Below, piece after piece: positions 11,812 to 22,238 of a stretch of DNA of 64,000 nucleotides. The position numbers and the translations under genes were made by a program. Position 1 is the first letter of the stretch. The number at the start of each line of letters is the position of its first letter. The DNA lies in the NCBI RefSeq assembly GCF_964188315.1, contig NC_135656.1, positions 120,962,001 through 121,026,000 of the forward strand, read 5' to 3'. A model generated the notes under the pieces. It worked only from the letters and a program-made list of their open reading frames with translations. It had not been told where the DNA came from and ran no database searches. The stretch comes from Podarcis muralis (Eukaryota).

Positions 11812-12470
11812 GCTGGTCTTGTAGTAAGGTGAAAGCTTACTGGGAAATGATACATAATGAAATGAAAAGGATGTTTAAAACAACCTTTGTAAAAAAAAAC
11901 CCAGAAGCTTTTCTTTTGCGAATTATAGGGACAGAACTACCTAAACTGTAAAGGTAAAAGGTAAAGGACCCCTAGACAGTTAAGTCCAGTCAAAGCCGAC
12001 TATGGGGTTGCGGTGCTCATCTCACTTAACTGTATAGAAACTTATTCATGTATGCTACTACAGCAGCCGAGAATGCTACTTGGCACTAAATGGAAAGAAG
12101 CAGAAGTCGCAGCAAAGGAAGAATGGAATACAAAAACGTATGGAATATGCAGAAATGGAGAAACTTACTGGAAGAATAAGAAATCAAGATAACAAACTTT
12201 TTTTATAAAAGAATGGAAATGGTTTACTGAATATTTACAGATAAGAACATTGGTAGGATTATTGTAACAGTCTGCAAATTCATAATAGTATTTATTTAAA
12301 GAAGATGCATAAATGAGCAAATTAAGTTAATTTGGAGATGCAGAAGATATTAAAAAATAAATTTAAGGAAACGCAGAAAGAGGGGGAAGGAAGTCAGGTT
12401 TTGAAATGTCAAAATGACTGTTAAATTAGTGAATTGTATACCTGCAAAGTATAAATATTTTTTTTAAAAA
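11812..12470 (+). mobile_element. L1-clade LINE 3' fragment with nested Sauria SINE tail fragment (about 11951-12028)
   Basis: 17-bp TSD AACATTACAGAAGCCAA; ORF2 C-terminal remnants (WSCSKVKAYWEMIHNEMKRMF, YATTAA). Confidence 0.8.
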
Positions 12471-12602
12471 AACATTACAGAAGCCAAGCAAGGGTCCATA
12501 TTCTGAAAAATGTCTTTAGTGTCTTCATAGTACGTGTCTGAGTGAAGCTTTGCCCTGTCTATGCTCTCCCAATGAGTTTCCTTTTCTCCTGAGATCACCC
12601 AC

Positions 12603-12729
12603 CTTCCGAAATGGAGACTGTCCCTTCTGCACACGGAACACAAGCATAGCAGCAAACCGGCTGTCCTTCTTGAGACACCTTGACGTATCCAGGGCGACAG
12701 CTGCTGGAACATCTGGAGCGAGGCACGGT
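12603..12729 (-). CDS. V2R-A exon 5 (cysteine-rich domain, 127 nt)
   Basis: [42 protein letters not shown]; ctag|ACC ... GAAG|gtggg. Confidence 0.9.
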
Positions 12730-12892
12730 CTAGCCATCCAGAGATGGTGCATCAAGAAAAAGTGTTAGGGGTCTGGGAGTGAATTGGGGCCCCAGGAAGA
12801 TAATTGCCCCCCACCCCACACCTGTATGCTGTTTGAGCTTCAGCTTTCAGGTGTTTGGTGTGAGCTTGCCCCTCCTTCCAAAGCAAATGGAT

Positions 12893-12894
<2 letters not shown>

Positions 12895-12936
<42 letters not shown>
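12895..12936. repeat. (AAT)n microsatellite in V2R-A intron 4. Others: (AAAG)n 25433-25483, (GT)n 28957-28985 and 50128-50173, (TA)n 57301-57342, plus (AAT)n L2 tails
   Basis: Direct reading. Confidence 0.95.
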
Positions 12937-12938
<2 letters not shown>

Positions 12939-12960
12939 CACAGATGATAATATGCTCTAC

Positions 12961-13188
12961 CTCATTAAACCATAAGGGCCACACAATGGCTTCTGGGTTA
13001 ATGATGAGCTTTAAATGTGAGGCTGCCTGTCTCTCTACACTCCCGACTTTCACTCTGCCGCGAGACTCGTTGGGAAACAGCACCCAGTTCACAATGTCAT
13101 AGTCGGCTGCCAGCTCCCCATTCTCATCCGAATACAATCCACCCCTGGAGGTGTTAAACGACTGGGCTTCTCTTAAGTAGGGGTGAAG
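12961..13188 (-). CDS. V2R-A exon 4 (228 nt)
   Basis: [40 protein letters not shown]...AIVWPLWFNE; GT-AG borders. Confidence 0.9.
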
Positions 13189-13209
13189 CTGGAATGATAG
13201 AGAAAACAT

Positions 13210-13506
13210 AGAAGAAGAAGAAGAAGAAGAAGAAGAAGAAGAAGAAGAAGAAGAAGAGGAGGAGGAGAAGTTTGGATATGATATCCCGCTTTATCACTCC
13301 GCGAAGGAGTCTCAAAGCGGCTAACATTCTCCTTTCCCTTCCTCCCCCACAACAAACACTCTGTGAGGTGAGTGGGGCTGAGAGACTTCAAAGAAGTGTG
13401 ACTAGCTCAAGGTCACCCAGCAGCTGCATGTGGAGGAGCGGAGAAGCGAACCCGGTTCACCAGATTACGAGTCTACCGCTCTTAACCACTACACCACACT
13501 GGCTCT
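13210..13506 (-). mobile_element. tRNA-derived MIR-like SINE (Squam3-like) with (TTC)n tail
   Basis: Head GAGCCAGTGTGGTGTAGTGGTTAAGAGC; second copy at about 17548-17795. Confidence 0.8.
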
Positions 13507-14332
13507 CGCCACACTGGAGGCTCATTGAATATCCCAGCCCTGCTCATTTTGCAGTCTAATCGCCTGTGAATTGGGCCACTGCACTTCTGGACTCAAAGGT
13601 GCTTAGATTTGCAGAACTGTCACATTGTGGTTTCGTGTGGGAGCCTTTCCTTTGGAACTCCCTGCTTGTTGATATTGGGTGGGTGCGTTCGCTGTATTCC
13701 CTTTTTGTTCTAGTTAGTAAGCAGTATATAAATTGTGTAAATTAATAAATATCTTATTAGAGAGAAGATATGTGAGAATTATGTGTAGATCCACCTTTCC
13801 GTCAATGCGGAAAGCCTATGGAGTGGGACCCAGGAGAGCCAGAGGGTGAACATTAATTTCACTTAAGAAATTTGGATCTCTTAGGACACCAGGGAAGACA
13901 ACTGAACAGAGAGGTGAGCATCTTCTGGTGTCACCAGTGCAAGCTAAATGCTTGACCTGCAACAGGAGACTTACAAACTGAATTTGCCTCAGCAACGAGC
14001 AAACATTTTGCTAGGGCTGCCATATCTCCAGGTTTTCCCTGACACGTCCGGGAATGACTCAGAAAAATGGCATTCAGGCGGATTTTTGCTGAATCAGCAA
14101 AATGTCTGGGAAAACCTGGACATATGGCAAGTTTATATATATAAAAAAAATTCTGAAAAAATCAAAGGAAACCCCCAAAATGATTTTTTTTGGGGGGAGG
14201 GGGAGATGTTCCTTCAAAAAGCCCAACTACTCTGTCCAGACTTTCACCTCTGGGAACATGGCAACCCTACATTTTGCATATGGGGCAACAGATTGCAATT
14301 TGCAGTGCTGTTGCAAAAGGAAAGGGGAATAC

Positions 14333-15123
14333 CTGCCATGGCTGCAGCTTTTGAAGTCCCAGACTGTTTGTCCTCCCCACCATCAACATCTGTTTGGATC
14401 TGGAGGAATATGCCGAGTTTAAGGAAAGTGCCACAGCCTGGACACCGTTGTAAGTAATGTAATTGTCTTGAGACACAACTCTTTCGATCTCCTCTTGGGG
14501 GAGAACCTCCAGGTTCTCCTTCTCTGTGCATCTTGTCCATACTTCAGTTGACAGCACATCCTCTGAACATGAACAACGGAAAGAATTATCCCAAAACTCG
14601 TTTGTTTCACTGGACCATACCTCATAGAAGTCATGCTTTGCCCCCTTTCTGGCCTTCCTTACTAAGGACAAAGAACCATGGATTTGCATGAAGGAATCGG
14701 TATCGTAAGAGAAAATGATGTTCGTGTTCCTAAAATCTGTAGTGATCCAAACTTTCCTCCTAGCTAGCTTCCGTTGCAACACAATGATTGGGCCAAATTC
14801 ATAATCAGAGCCCCCACAATAAACAAACACACTGACTTGTTGCCACATGGCAGGGAGCTCATGCCATAAGTACTTTTCCACTAGAGTCTTTTGTAGTATT
14901 CTTTCCACAAAGGCAACACAAATCCCACTGTGGATCATCGGAGGTGTGAAGGCATTCACGAAGCTTTCTCCAGCGTCGTTGTCCGGAGCAAATATTCCGA
15001 TCCACGTCCATCCAAACTGCAGGAGCAGCTTGATAATCCCCAGGTACTGGGTTACTTCCTTTGGGACCATCCGGGACCAAAGGGGAACTGGATTTGATCA
15101 TGAAGAGCAAAGCCATGACTTAT
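14333..15123 (-). CDS. V2R-A exon 3 (Venus flytrap), frameshifted near its 5' end
   Basis: ISHGFALHDQIQFPF, then frame change, then [25 protein letters not shown]...LQPWQ. Confidence 0.9.
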
Positions 15124-15914
15124 CTGGTTAGGTAAGGAAGTGAAAGTTTGTTTTCAGGGGAATTGTGGCACTTTTGTTAACCTAGAAGTATTAAGAGCCA
15201 GGAAGAAGCTGGAAGAGATTGATCTTTGTCAAGTCCTTGTCAATATGAGGGAGGGTGGAGAAAATCTCCAGAAGTGGACTGAGCCCCAAATTGACCCATA
15301 GTTTGCTTGTTTATGTGAAGTGGTCTTGCTTACAGCAAGTTTCTGTGGATCAGCCTATGATCTTAACAGCCTGCTAACTGGGCACTGCTAAAATGTGCAT
15401 TCACTCAGCTGTAGGTATTTCTACTAGGTCTTCCTATATGAGAGATGTGTTTGAATTACCTTAATACCTACCATAATAAGGAGAAAATCCAAAACTATGG
15501 TTATGAAGCAATGGGAGTTCTTAAATGATTATTTACAAAACCAGGGCTCGACTACAAAAATCTGGTTGTGTTTAGAATAATCTTGTGCGTAATATAAAAA
15601 ATACAAAGTGAGACATTAAGGAAATCCAAAGGGAAAATATGAAGAACAGAGGATCTGATGAACGGATTATTAAAAACGCGTGAGGTAAACGGTGGAAGTC
15701 TTTTTTTAAAAAACAACAACACTTTATTTAAGGACAAGATGAAATTATACAATTGAATATAAATATAGATGGGAAACGGCTATGTATTGTGAGTACTTAT
15801 CTACTTTTAAAAATTTTCACCTATGATCTTTTTCTTTTACTTCTTTATTTTTTCTTTGTTCTTTTTTCTGAAATCTTACCTTTCATTTCACTCCTTTATT
15901 GTGAATAGCATTTT

Positions 15915-16277
15915 AAGGTAAAGGTAAAGGTACCCCTGCCCATACGGGCCAGTCTTGACAGACTCTAGGGTTGTGCGCCCATCTCACTCTATAGGCCGGG
16001 GGCCAGCGCTGTCCGGAGACACTTCCGGGTCACGTGGCCAGCGTGACATCGCTGCTCTGGCGAGCCAGAGCCGCACACGGAAACGCCGTTTACCTTCCCG
16101 CTAGTAAGCGGTCCCTATTTATCTACTTGCACCCGGGGGTGCTTTCGAACTGCTAGGTTGGCAGGCGCTGGGACCGAACAACGGGAGCGCACCCCGCCAC
16201 GGGGATTCGAACCGCCGACCTTTCGATCGGCAAGCCCTAGGCGCTGAGGCTTTTACCCACAGCGCCACCCGCGTCCC
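15915..16277 (-). mobile_element. Sauria SINE (full length, young)
   Basis: TSD TGAATAGCATTTTA. Confidence 0.9.
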
Positions 16278-16302
16278 ATGAATAGCATTTTATAGAGGTA
16301 TA

Positions 16303-16659
16303 AAGGTAAAGGTACCCCTGCCCATACGGGCCAGTCTTGCCAGACTCTAGGGTTGTGCGCCCATCTCACTCAAGAGGCCGGGGGCCAGCGCTGTCCGGAG
16401 ACACTTCCGGGTCACGTGGCCAGCGTGACATCGCTGCTCTGGCGAGCCAGAGCCGCACACGGAAACGCCGTTTACCTTCCCGCTTGTAAGCGGTCCCTAT
16501 TTATCTACTTGCACCCGGGGGTGCTTTCGAACTGCTAGGTTGGCAGGCGCTGGGACCGAACAGCGGGAGCGCACCCCGCCGCAGGGATTCGAACCGCCGA
16601 CCTTTCGATCGGCAAGCCCTAGGCACTGAGGCTTTTACCCACAGCGCCACCTGCGTCCC
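16303..16659 (-). mobile_element. Sauria SINE (full length, young)
   Basis: TSD TTATAGAGGTATAA; near-identical to its neighbour. Confidence 0.9.
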
Positions 16660-17433
16660 TTATAGAGGTATAAATAATTGTAAATATGAATAGCATTTTA
16701 TAGAGGTATAAATAATTGTAACTATGAAAAGAGACAAAATATTCTCTAATTTTTTCCCCCTTGGTTATATGTATTTTCTTTTTCTTTTGTATTTTCTTTT
16801 GTTGTAAATATGTATGTTTTCTAATTTGTACTTAATAAAAATAAAAAAAAATTAAATAAAAAAATAAAAAAATGAATTACCTTAAAAGACTGAACAAAAT
16901 GAGGCCACATCAGGAGTCCTGTGTCCAGTTCTGGACTTTTTGCTGTGTCCAGAAACTGTCACCTTATGGAGCTGTGATACCACCATGTTTCATCTGAGCA
17001 ATCTTTGCTTCATAACAGACGAATGCTCCATGAAACCATCTTTTCTGCAATGGACTCTGCACATGTGCTGAAAACCAAGGCTCTGCTCAAGCATGTAAAA
17101 TTAAACCACTTTTTGATGTTTATTAAAGACTTGGATCTTTTGTCCTGCCCTTCTCTACCCCCCTACCCTGAAACTCAAAGTCTTTTTACTAAATAAACTC
17201 CCTTTACATAAAATTACAATAGACTTCATTCTTTTCAGAGAGGCATTTCTCTAGCATTTCTCCCCAGAATCCTTTAACATGTGCTGGATTGCCCCTTGCA
17301 ATCAATGAAGTATTGTTGTTCCGTATCCTCTGGGCTTTAGGAAAGTAAAACTGAATCTCCTTCTTACTAATTTTAGAGTAGTCCTAGAGAAAAGAAGTAG
17401 AACCTGCCCCTCCCCAGCAAATGCAACCTAGGT

Positions 17434-17826
17434 CAGGCATAGGCAAACATGGCCCTCCAGATGTTTTGAGACTACAATCCCCATCATCCCTGACCACTGG
17501 TCCTGTTAGCTAGGGATGATGGGAGTTGTAGTCCCAAAACATCTGGAAGAAGAGTAGAAGAGTTTGGATTTGATATCCCGCTTTATCACTACCCTAAGGA
17601 GTCTCAAAGCGGCTAACATTCTTTCCCTTCCTCCCCCACAACAAACACTCTGTGAGGTGAGTGGGGCTGAGAGACTTCAGAGAAGTGTGACTGGCCCAAG
17701 GTCACCCAGCAGCTGCATGTGGAGGAGGGGAGAAGCGAACCCAGTTCCCCAGATTGCAAGACTACCGCTCTTAACCACTGCACCACACTGGCTCTCACAC
17801 CGGAGGGCCGAGTTTGCCTATGCCTG
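17434..17826. mobile_element. Hairpin hAT MITE with nested SINE; related hairpin MITEs at 45740-45879 (TSD GTTTGGAG) and about 60434-60565
   Basis: TIR CAGGCATAGGCAAAC; 8-bp TSD ACCTAGG(T/G); long internal palindrome GACTACAA.TCCCATCATCCCT. Confidence 0.82.
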
Positions 17827-17987
17827 ACCTAGGGTGTCCCAAGACAGATTTAGCCTTTAAAAAAACATTTTCTGGGAAACTTTTCAAAGAGTTGGAAGGG
17901 AGCTCAAGATCATCTGTTCTAACCCTCTTCGAATGTATATAATCTACGACTGTAGCATCCTTCACAACTGGCGATCCTAGTTCCTAC

Positions 17988-18279
17988 CTGTGGGGTTTTG
18001 TAGATGTCTGACATGCTTGCAATCTGGATGAAGATATCCGATTCAGCCCCTTCAATAACAGCCAAGAGGTTCTTCTGTTGTCCACAGTTATAGTTTGGAA
18101 TATTCTTTACCCCTCCAGAATGGCCATCAAGGATGGCATCAGAAGTAAGTCTGCCATCATAGAAGCTGTCAAAGAGGTTGTATCCCAGGGTGATGTTGGG
18201 TAAAACTGTGGGATTTTGATTGATCTCCTGAACAGCTAGCAAGAAGGACAGGATATGCCAATATCTCGTAGAACCGAAC
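17988..18279 (-). CDS. V2R-A exon 2 (292 nt)
   Basis: [37 protein letters not shown]...SDIYKTPQ; gcag|G ... CAG|gtagg. Confidence 0.9.
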
Positions 18280-18898
18280 CTGCAAACAAAGAAACCAATA
18301 GTACTGATAGACTGCCGTTCTCCTTTCAGTGAACACAAAATATCACATTATTTCCCTTATCAATCTAAAGGCCTTTACACAAATCTTAAAATAGCTCATC
18401 CCCAAATATTGGTCTGTATTGTTTTTATGGGGCGTGTACTGTGGTTGCAAGTTAGATATTACTTTGCCATTTAAGAGAAAATGGAGAGTTTACTGTTTCT
18501 GATGGGAAGCCCATTGCCTTCAAAGATCAAAATCAAACGCAATTTAAAGAGATGTGAAATGTTAGGAAACTGCTCATCTCGGCTGCTTCCAAGCGGGAAA
18601 ATACCTAAACACCCCGCAAGCAAATCAGCATGAATATAGATATAATAAATGCTCATTGTTGTCCACCAACAAATTAGAAAGAATCCACAATGAAGACATA
18701 ATATAACAGGAAGCTAAGCTTTGTACAGGCAAATGAAGGCGAACGCTAAGTAACAAGGTTGCCTGAAGGAACTACTGGAATCAAAATAAGGACAGAATTT
18801 GACCAGATGGACCAGAAAATAGAGGTTGTCCCTTGTACTTGGGGACAGCCAGGATACAGATATGGCAGCATAAAATCCATCAATACATAGGTACCTAC

Positions 18899-19149
18899 AG
18901 AATAAACCTGGTTAAGGGGTGCCGGGAGAAGATGTATGGTTCAACTAAACCACCTTTTGATGAGATGATTCCACTAATGAGATGGTTTCCTGTCCTGTAA
19001 TAATTTGCAGGCTGATTTGGATAACGAGGCAGGAATACTTGGCAGTACTCTGTCCTGTGTCCGTGGACTGCCTGGGGCATTAGCAGCAACAGCAGCAACA
19101 GCAGCAGAGATACCATTCTAGCAGTGCCTGTGCCAGTCGCCTTCATCAT
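18899..19149 (-). CDS. V2R-A exon 1 (signal peptide); start at 19149 or 19116
   Basis: [30 protein letters not shown]...[14 protein letters not shown]; phase-2 donor CT|gtaggt. Confidence 0.85.
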
Positions 19150-19619
19150 GGCAGCAATGACGTCAAGGACACAGCTGGATTCCTGCCATGGATTCATATC
19201 TAAAGTCAGGAGGAGAAAGCTTCCCAATGGCCTTTCCTCGATCTCAGATCAGACTCCCACTGGCACAGGACTTAATCTTTTCCCCCAAGAAATTTGTTGG
19301 AGGAACTGAAGATGGAGGAAGGGGGTTAGCCAAGCAAGCCAGTTGCTAATGTCAGCTGATTAGTCAGTGAGGGAGTCTTGTGAAATGACTCAAAGTCTGG
19401 GCTATGTCATGCAATTGCTGGAGCAATAGAATTACTTTCTACTTGTATATATCTGTATCTGCAAACACCACAAGCTGTATGTATATATCAGTGTCTGCAA
19501 CTGCATTGCTGAAGCCTGATCTTCTGCAGCAATAAACTATTGAGAACCTACAGCTGCCTCTGTGTGGTGAATGGAGCTGGGGGCAACTTCCGCAGCATGG
19601 GTACCTCACCCTTAGAATC

Positions 19620-19930
19620 TCAACAGTATTTATGTCACAGTTCTTCTTTCTGGCTTGCTGCAGGAAGTCGCCACATGTTGTTCTGGATTCAGATGTTTGT
19701 ATTATTGGTCTCAGGGGAAATCCCCGGAGCTTTGGCGTGAGGGGAAGAATACACCATTATGATTTTCGTAATTATAGAGGGGAAGAAGGTCCACCTCTAC
19801 AACCTTCTGGCGCCTCTCCATGGCTCAAGGAAGAGGTGCAGAGCTGGAGGAAAAACATGTTTGTGAGATATCACTGATGGGTCTCCATAGCTGGAGATGG
19901 GCCAGCAGCTGAACTTGGCACACTTTGTAT
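19620..19930 (-). promoter_or_regulatory. Conserved V2R upstream module of V2R-A
   Basis: Plus-strand ATTTATG at 19628, TCTCAGGGGA at 19709, TAATTA at 19769; aligns with the other three genes. Confidence 0.7.
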
Positions 19931-20429
19931 TGACGAAATCATTTCATAGAGGCAGGATCCAAATTCTCATTCTCAGCAGCATAGCTAGCCCCTTGGGTGC
20001 ATGGGGGTGGCGCAAGGCCCCCGTGGGGTGGGGTAGGGCACGCCAGAACCCCAGTGCCTGAGCCCTCTTCTGCCCTGGCACCCTGCAGGCCTGCGTTGCT
20101 TTTTCGAGCTGTGAAGAGCCTGCAGGGAGACTGTCTGCTGTCTCCCCCTCAACTGTAGAGTGGCTCAGGGGGTGGCAGTGGGTAGATGCATGCCCCACAC
20201 TGCCCTTTTGGGCATTGCGGAGCCTGCAGGTGCCTGAGCCACCGCGTCACTCCCAGGAGAGACGCTTGGCTCGGGCACAAGAAGTGCTGTCCCCTGCGGT
20301 GTGGTGCCCAGTGGCTCACCTCCTAGCTACGGCTCTGCTCATTCTTTTAGGCTCCATTTGAACTACCACATACCTGCATTGTGCGGTGTGCCCATCCCTC
20401 TTCCCTCCCCAAGCAAGCAGTAATGCCTC

Positions 20430-21193
20430 CCTTCTTCTGAGGTCCAGCTCCGAGGGCCTTCTGGCGGTTCCCTCCCTGCAGTGGCGTAGCGTGGGGGGTG
20501 CAGGGGGGGCCGGCCGCACCGGCCGCACCGGGCGCAACATCTGGGGGGGGGGGCGCTCGCCGCCTCCGGAGTCGCCGAAGAGCCTCGGGCGCAGGCTGTA
20601 GCAGAGTCCCATGTCTCGCGGAACCGACGAGCTGGCAGCGTCTCTCAGTGCTCGCCGCGGTCCCCGCGCATCAGGGCCGCGGAGGGCGCGCCAGGCAGCC
20701 CCTCCTCACAGCCCCGCCGCTGCCGCTGCAGCAGCTGGGCCATGTTGCATTTTCCTCGCCTCTCTGCCCTCCTCCTCCGGGCAAGCGGCGTCATTTGGGC
20801 GGCAGCACCCACGGCAACTCGCCTCAGATCACCTGACACGGACCTGCCGCCGCCGCCTTGGCTACCTTACCGTAAATACCCCAGCCCAGGCAGCAGCAAG
20901 AAGAAGCTGGCAGCGGCGACAGGTCAGGGGTTAGGGGGCGCAAATTACTTGCCTTGCCCCGGGTGCTGACAACCCATGCTACGCCGCTGCCGCCCTGCGA
21001 GAAGTGGGGTTACTGGGAATCAGGCAGAGGGCCTTCTTGGTAGTGGCGCCTGCCCTGTGGAACGCCCTCCCAGCAGATGTCAAGGCAATAAACAACTATT
21101 TTACTTTTAAAAGACAACTGAAGGCGGCCCTGTTTAGGGAAGTTTTTAATGTCTGGTGCTGTGTTGTTTTTAATATTTGGTTGGAAGCCGCCC
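20430..21193 (+). mobile_element. L2 3' fragment interrupted by a hAT MITE; runs into the N gap
   Basis: Matches the L2 copies at 4550-4790 and 43230-43575 once 20479-20997 is removed. Confidence 0.8.
20479..20989. mobile_element. CpG-rich hAT MITE
   Basis: TIR CAG(T/C)GGCGTAGC; 8-bp TSD CC(T/G)CCCTG. Confidence 0.85.
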
Positions 21194-21360
21194 NNNNNNN
21201 NNNNNNNNNNNNNNNNNNNNNNNNNNNNNNNNNNNNNNNNNNNNNNNNNNNNNNNNNNNNNNNNNNNNNNNNNNNNNNNNNNNNNNNNNNNNNNNNNNNN
21301 NNNNNNNNNNNNNNNNNNNNNNNNNNNNNNNNNNNNNNNNNNNNNNNNNNNNNNNNNNNN
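21194..21360. other. Assembly gap (167 N)
   Basis: Run of N immediately after an L2 3' end. Confidence 1.
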
Positions 21361-22238
21361 CACTGTCCTATTGGTCAGAGTAAATCCACCATTTTTGTTG
21401 ATTATCTGGATTCAATCACACACCATGGATGTTCTGCAGGATATTATCCTGAATATTTTGCAGGTCTGAGGTTGCCTCCTTCTGAATCAGAATATTGCTC
21501 CGACTCACCCAGTATTCTTTACCCTAACAGGAAAAGAAATCAAACTTGTCCCTCAAAGCCATAGAACGCACAGTCTCTATGAACAGACGTTGCCTGACTG
21601 AAGGAGCAGAGTTAATTGCTGCTTTGTTGTGGATTTTAAGAAAAATTAATGTACAGCCAAATATTAGTAGATCTGCCTCATCTAAATGTATATCTCCCCA
21701 GACAATCAGTATGTCAGCATATTTCGCAGTGAATCTGCTGATATTTTAGTAGGCCTGAGAACACTGAAATAGGTTCAGGGTTTACCCTACCAAAGAGGGT
21801 CTAGGCTACGCCAGTTCTTCGAGCCAATGAGATCAACAGTGTGTGGAAAAAGCACAGGTTTATTCAAGCTGCAACTCAAATTGGCCCAGTGGAATTTCTC
21901 CAAAGAGTGAACAAAAAGCATACCTTTCAAGGCACTTTCATAGCATTATTTACATGATTACTTCATGCCTGATCCTTTCTACAGGGCTGCCGTCAGATGT
22001 CTTCTAAAAGTTGTATAGTTATTTATCTCCTTGACATCTGATGGGAGGGCGTTCCGCAGGATGGGTGCCACTACTGAGAAGGCATGTGGTATGGAAAAAG
22101 AACAGGGAACCTGAAAATCTTTTAGGAAGCAGGAGGTTCTGTATCTTTTTGAGAATTTTTTTTTTGCCTCCAATGGAAGCCAGGATTCTGGACCCTTTCC
22201 TTTCCTTAGAAAACGGTCCCTTTCTTTAGAACTAAGTA

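Larger units (their letters stand above)
15465..16872 (+). mobile_element. L1-clade 3' fragment hosting two Sauria SINEs
   Basis: TSD TGAATTACCTTAA; A-rich tail at 16835-16872. Confidence 0.75.
9642..19149 (-). pseudogene. V2R-A: vomeronasal type-2 receptor gene with 1-nt frameshift in exon 3 (probable pseudogene or assembly error)
   Basis: Exons 19149-18899, 18279-17988, 15123-14333, 13188-12961, 12729-12603, 10552-9642, all GT-AG. Exon 3 is 791 nt (phase 0-0, not a multiple of 3); the other exons are open. Confidence 0.85.

Noticed and set aside
18100-18140. DGHSGG motif in exon 2 of A, C and D versus NLRSTGG in B as a metal-binding novelty
   Set aside because: Without a family alignment I cannot show the motif is unusual, and shared ancestry explains its recurrence.
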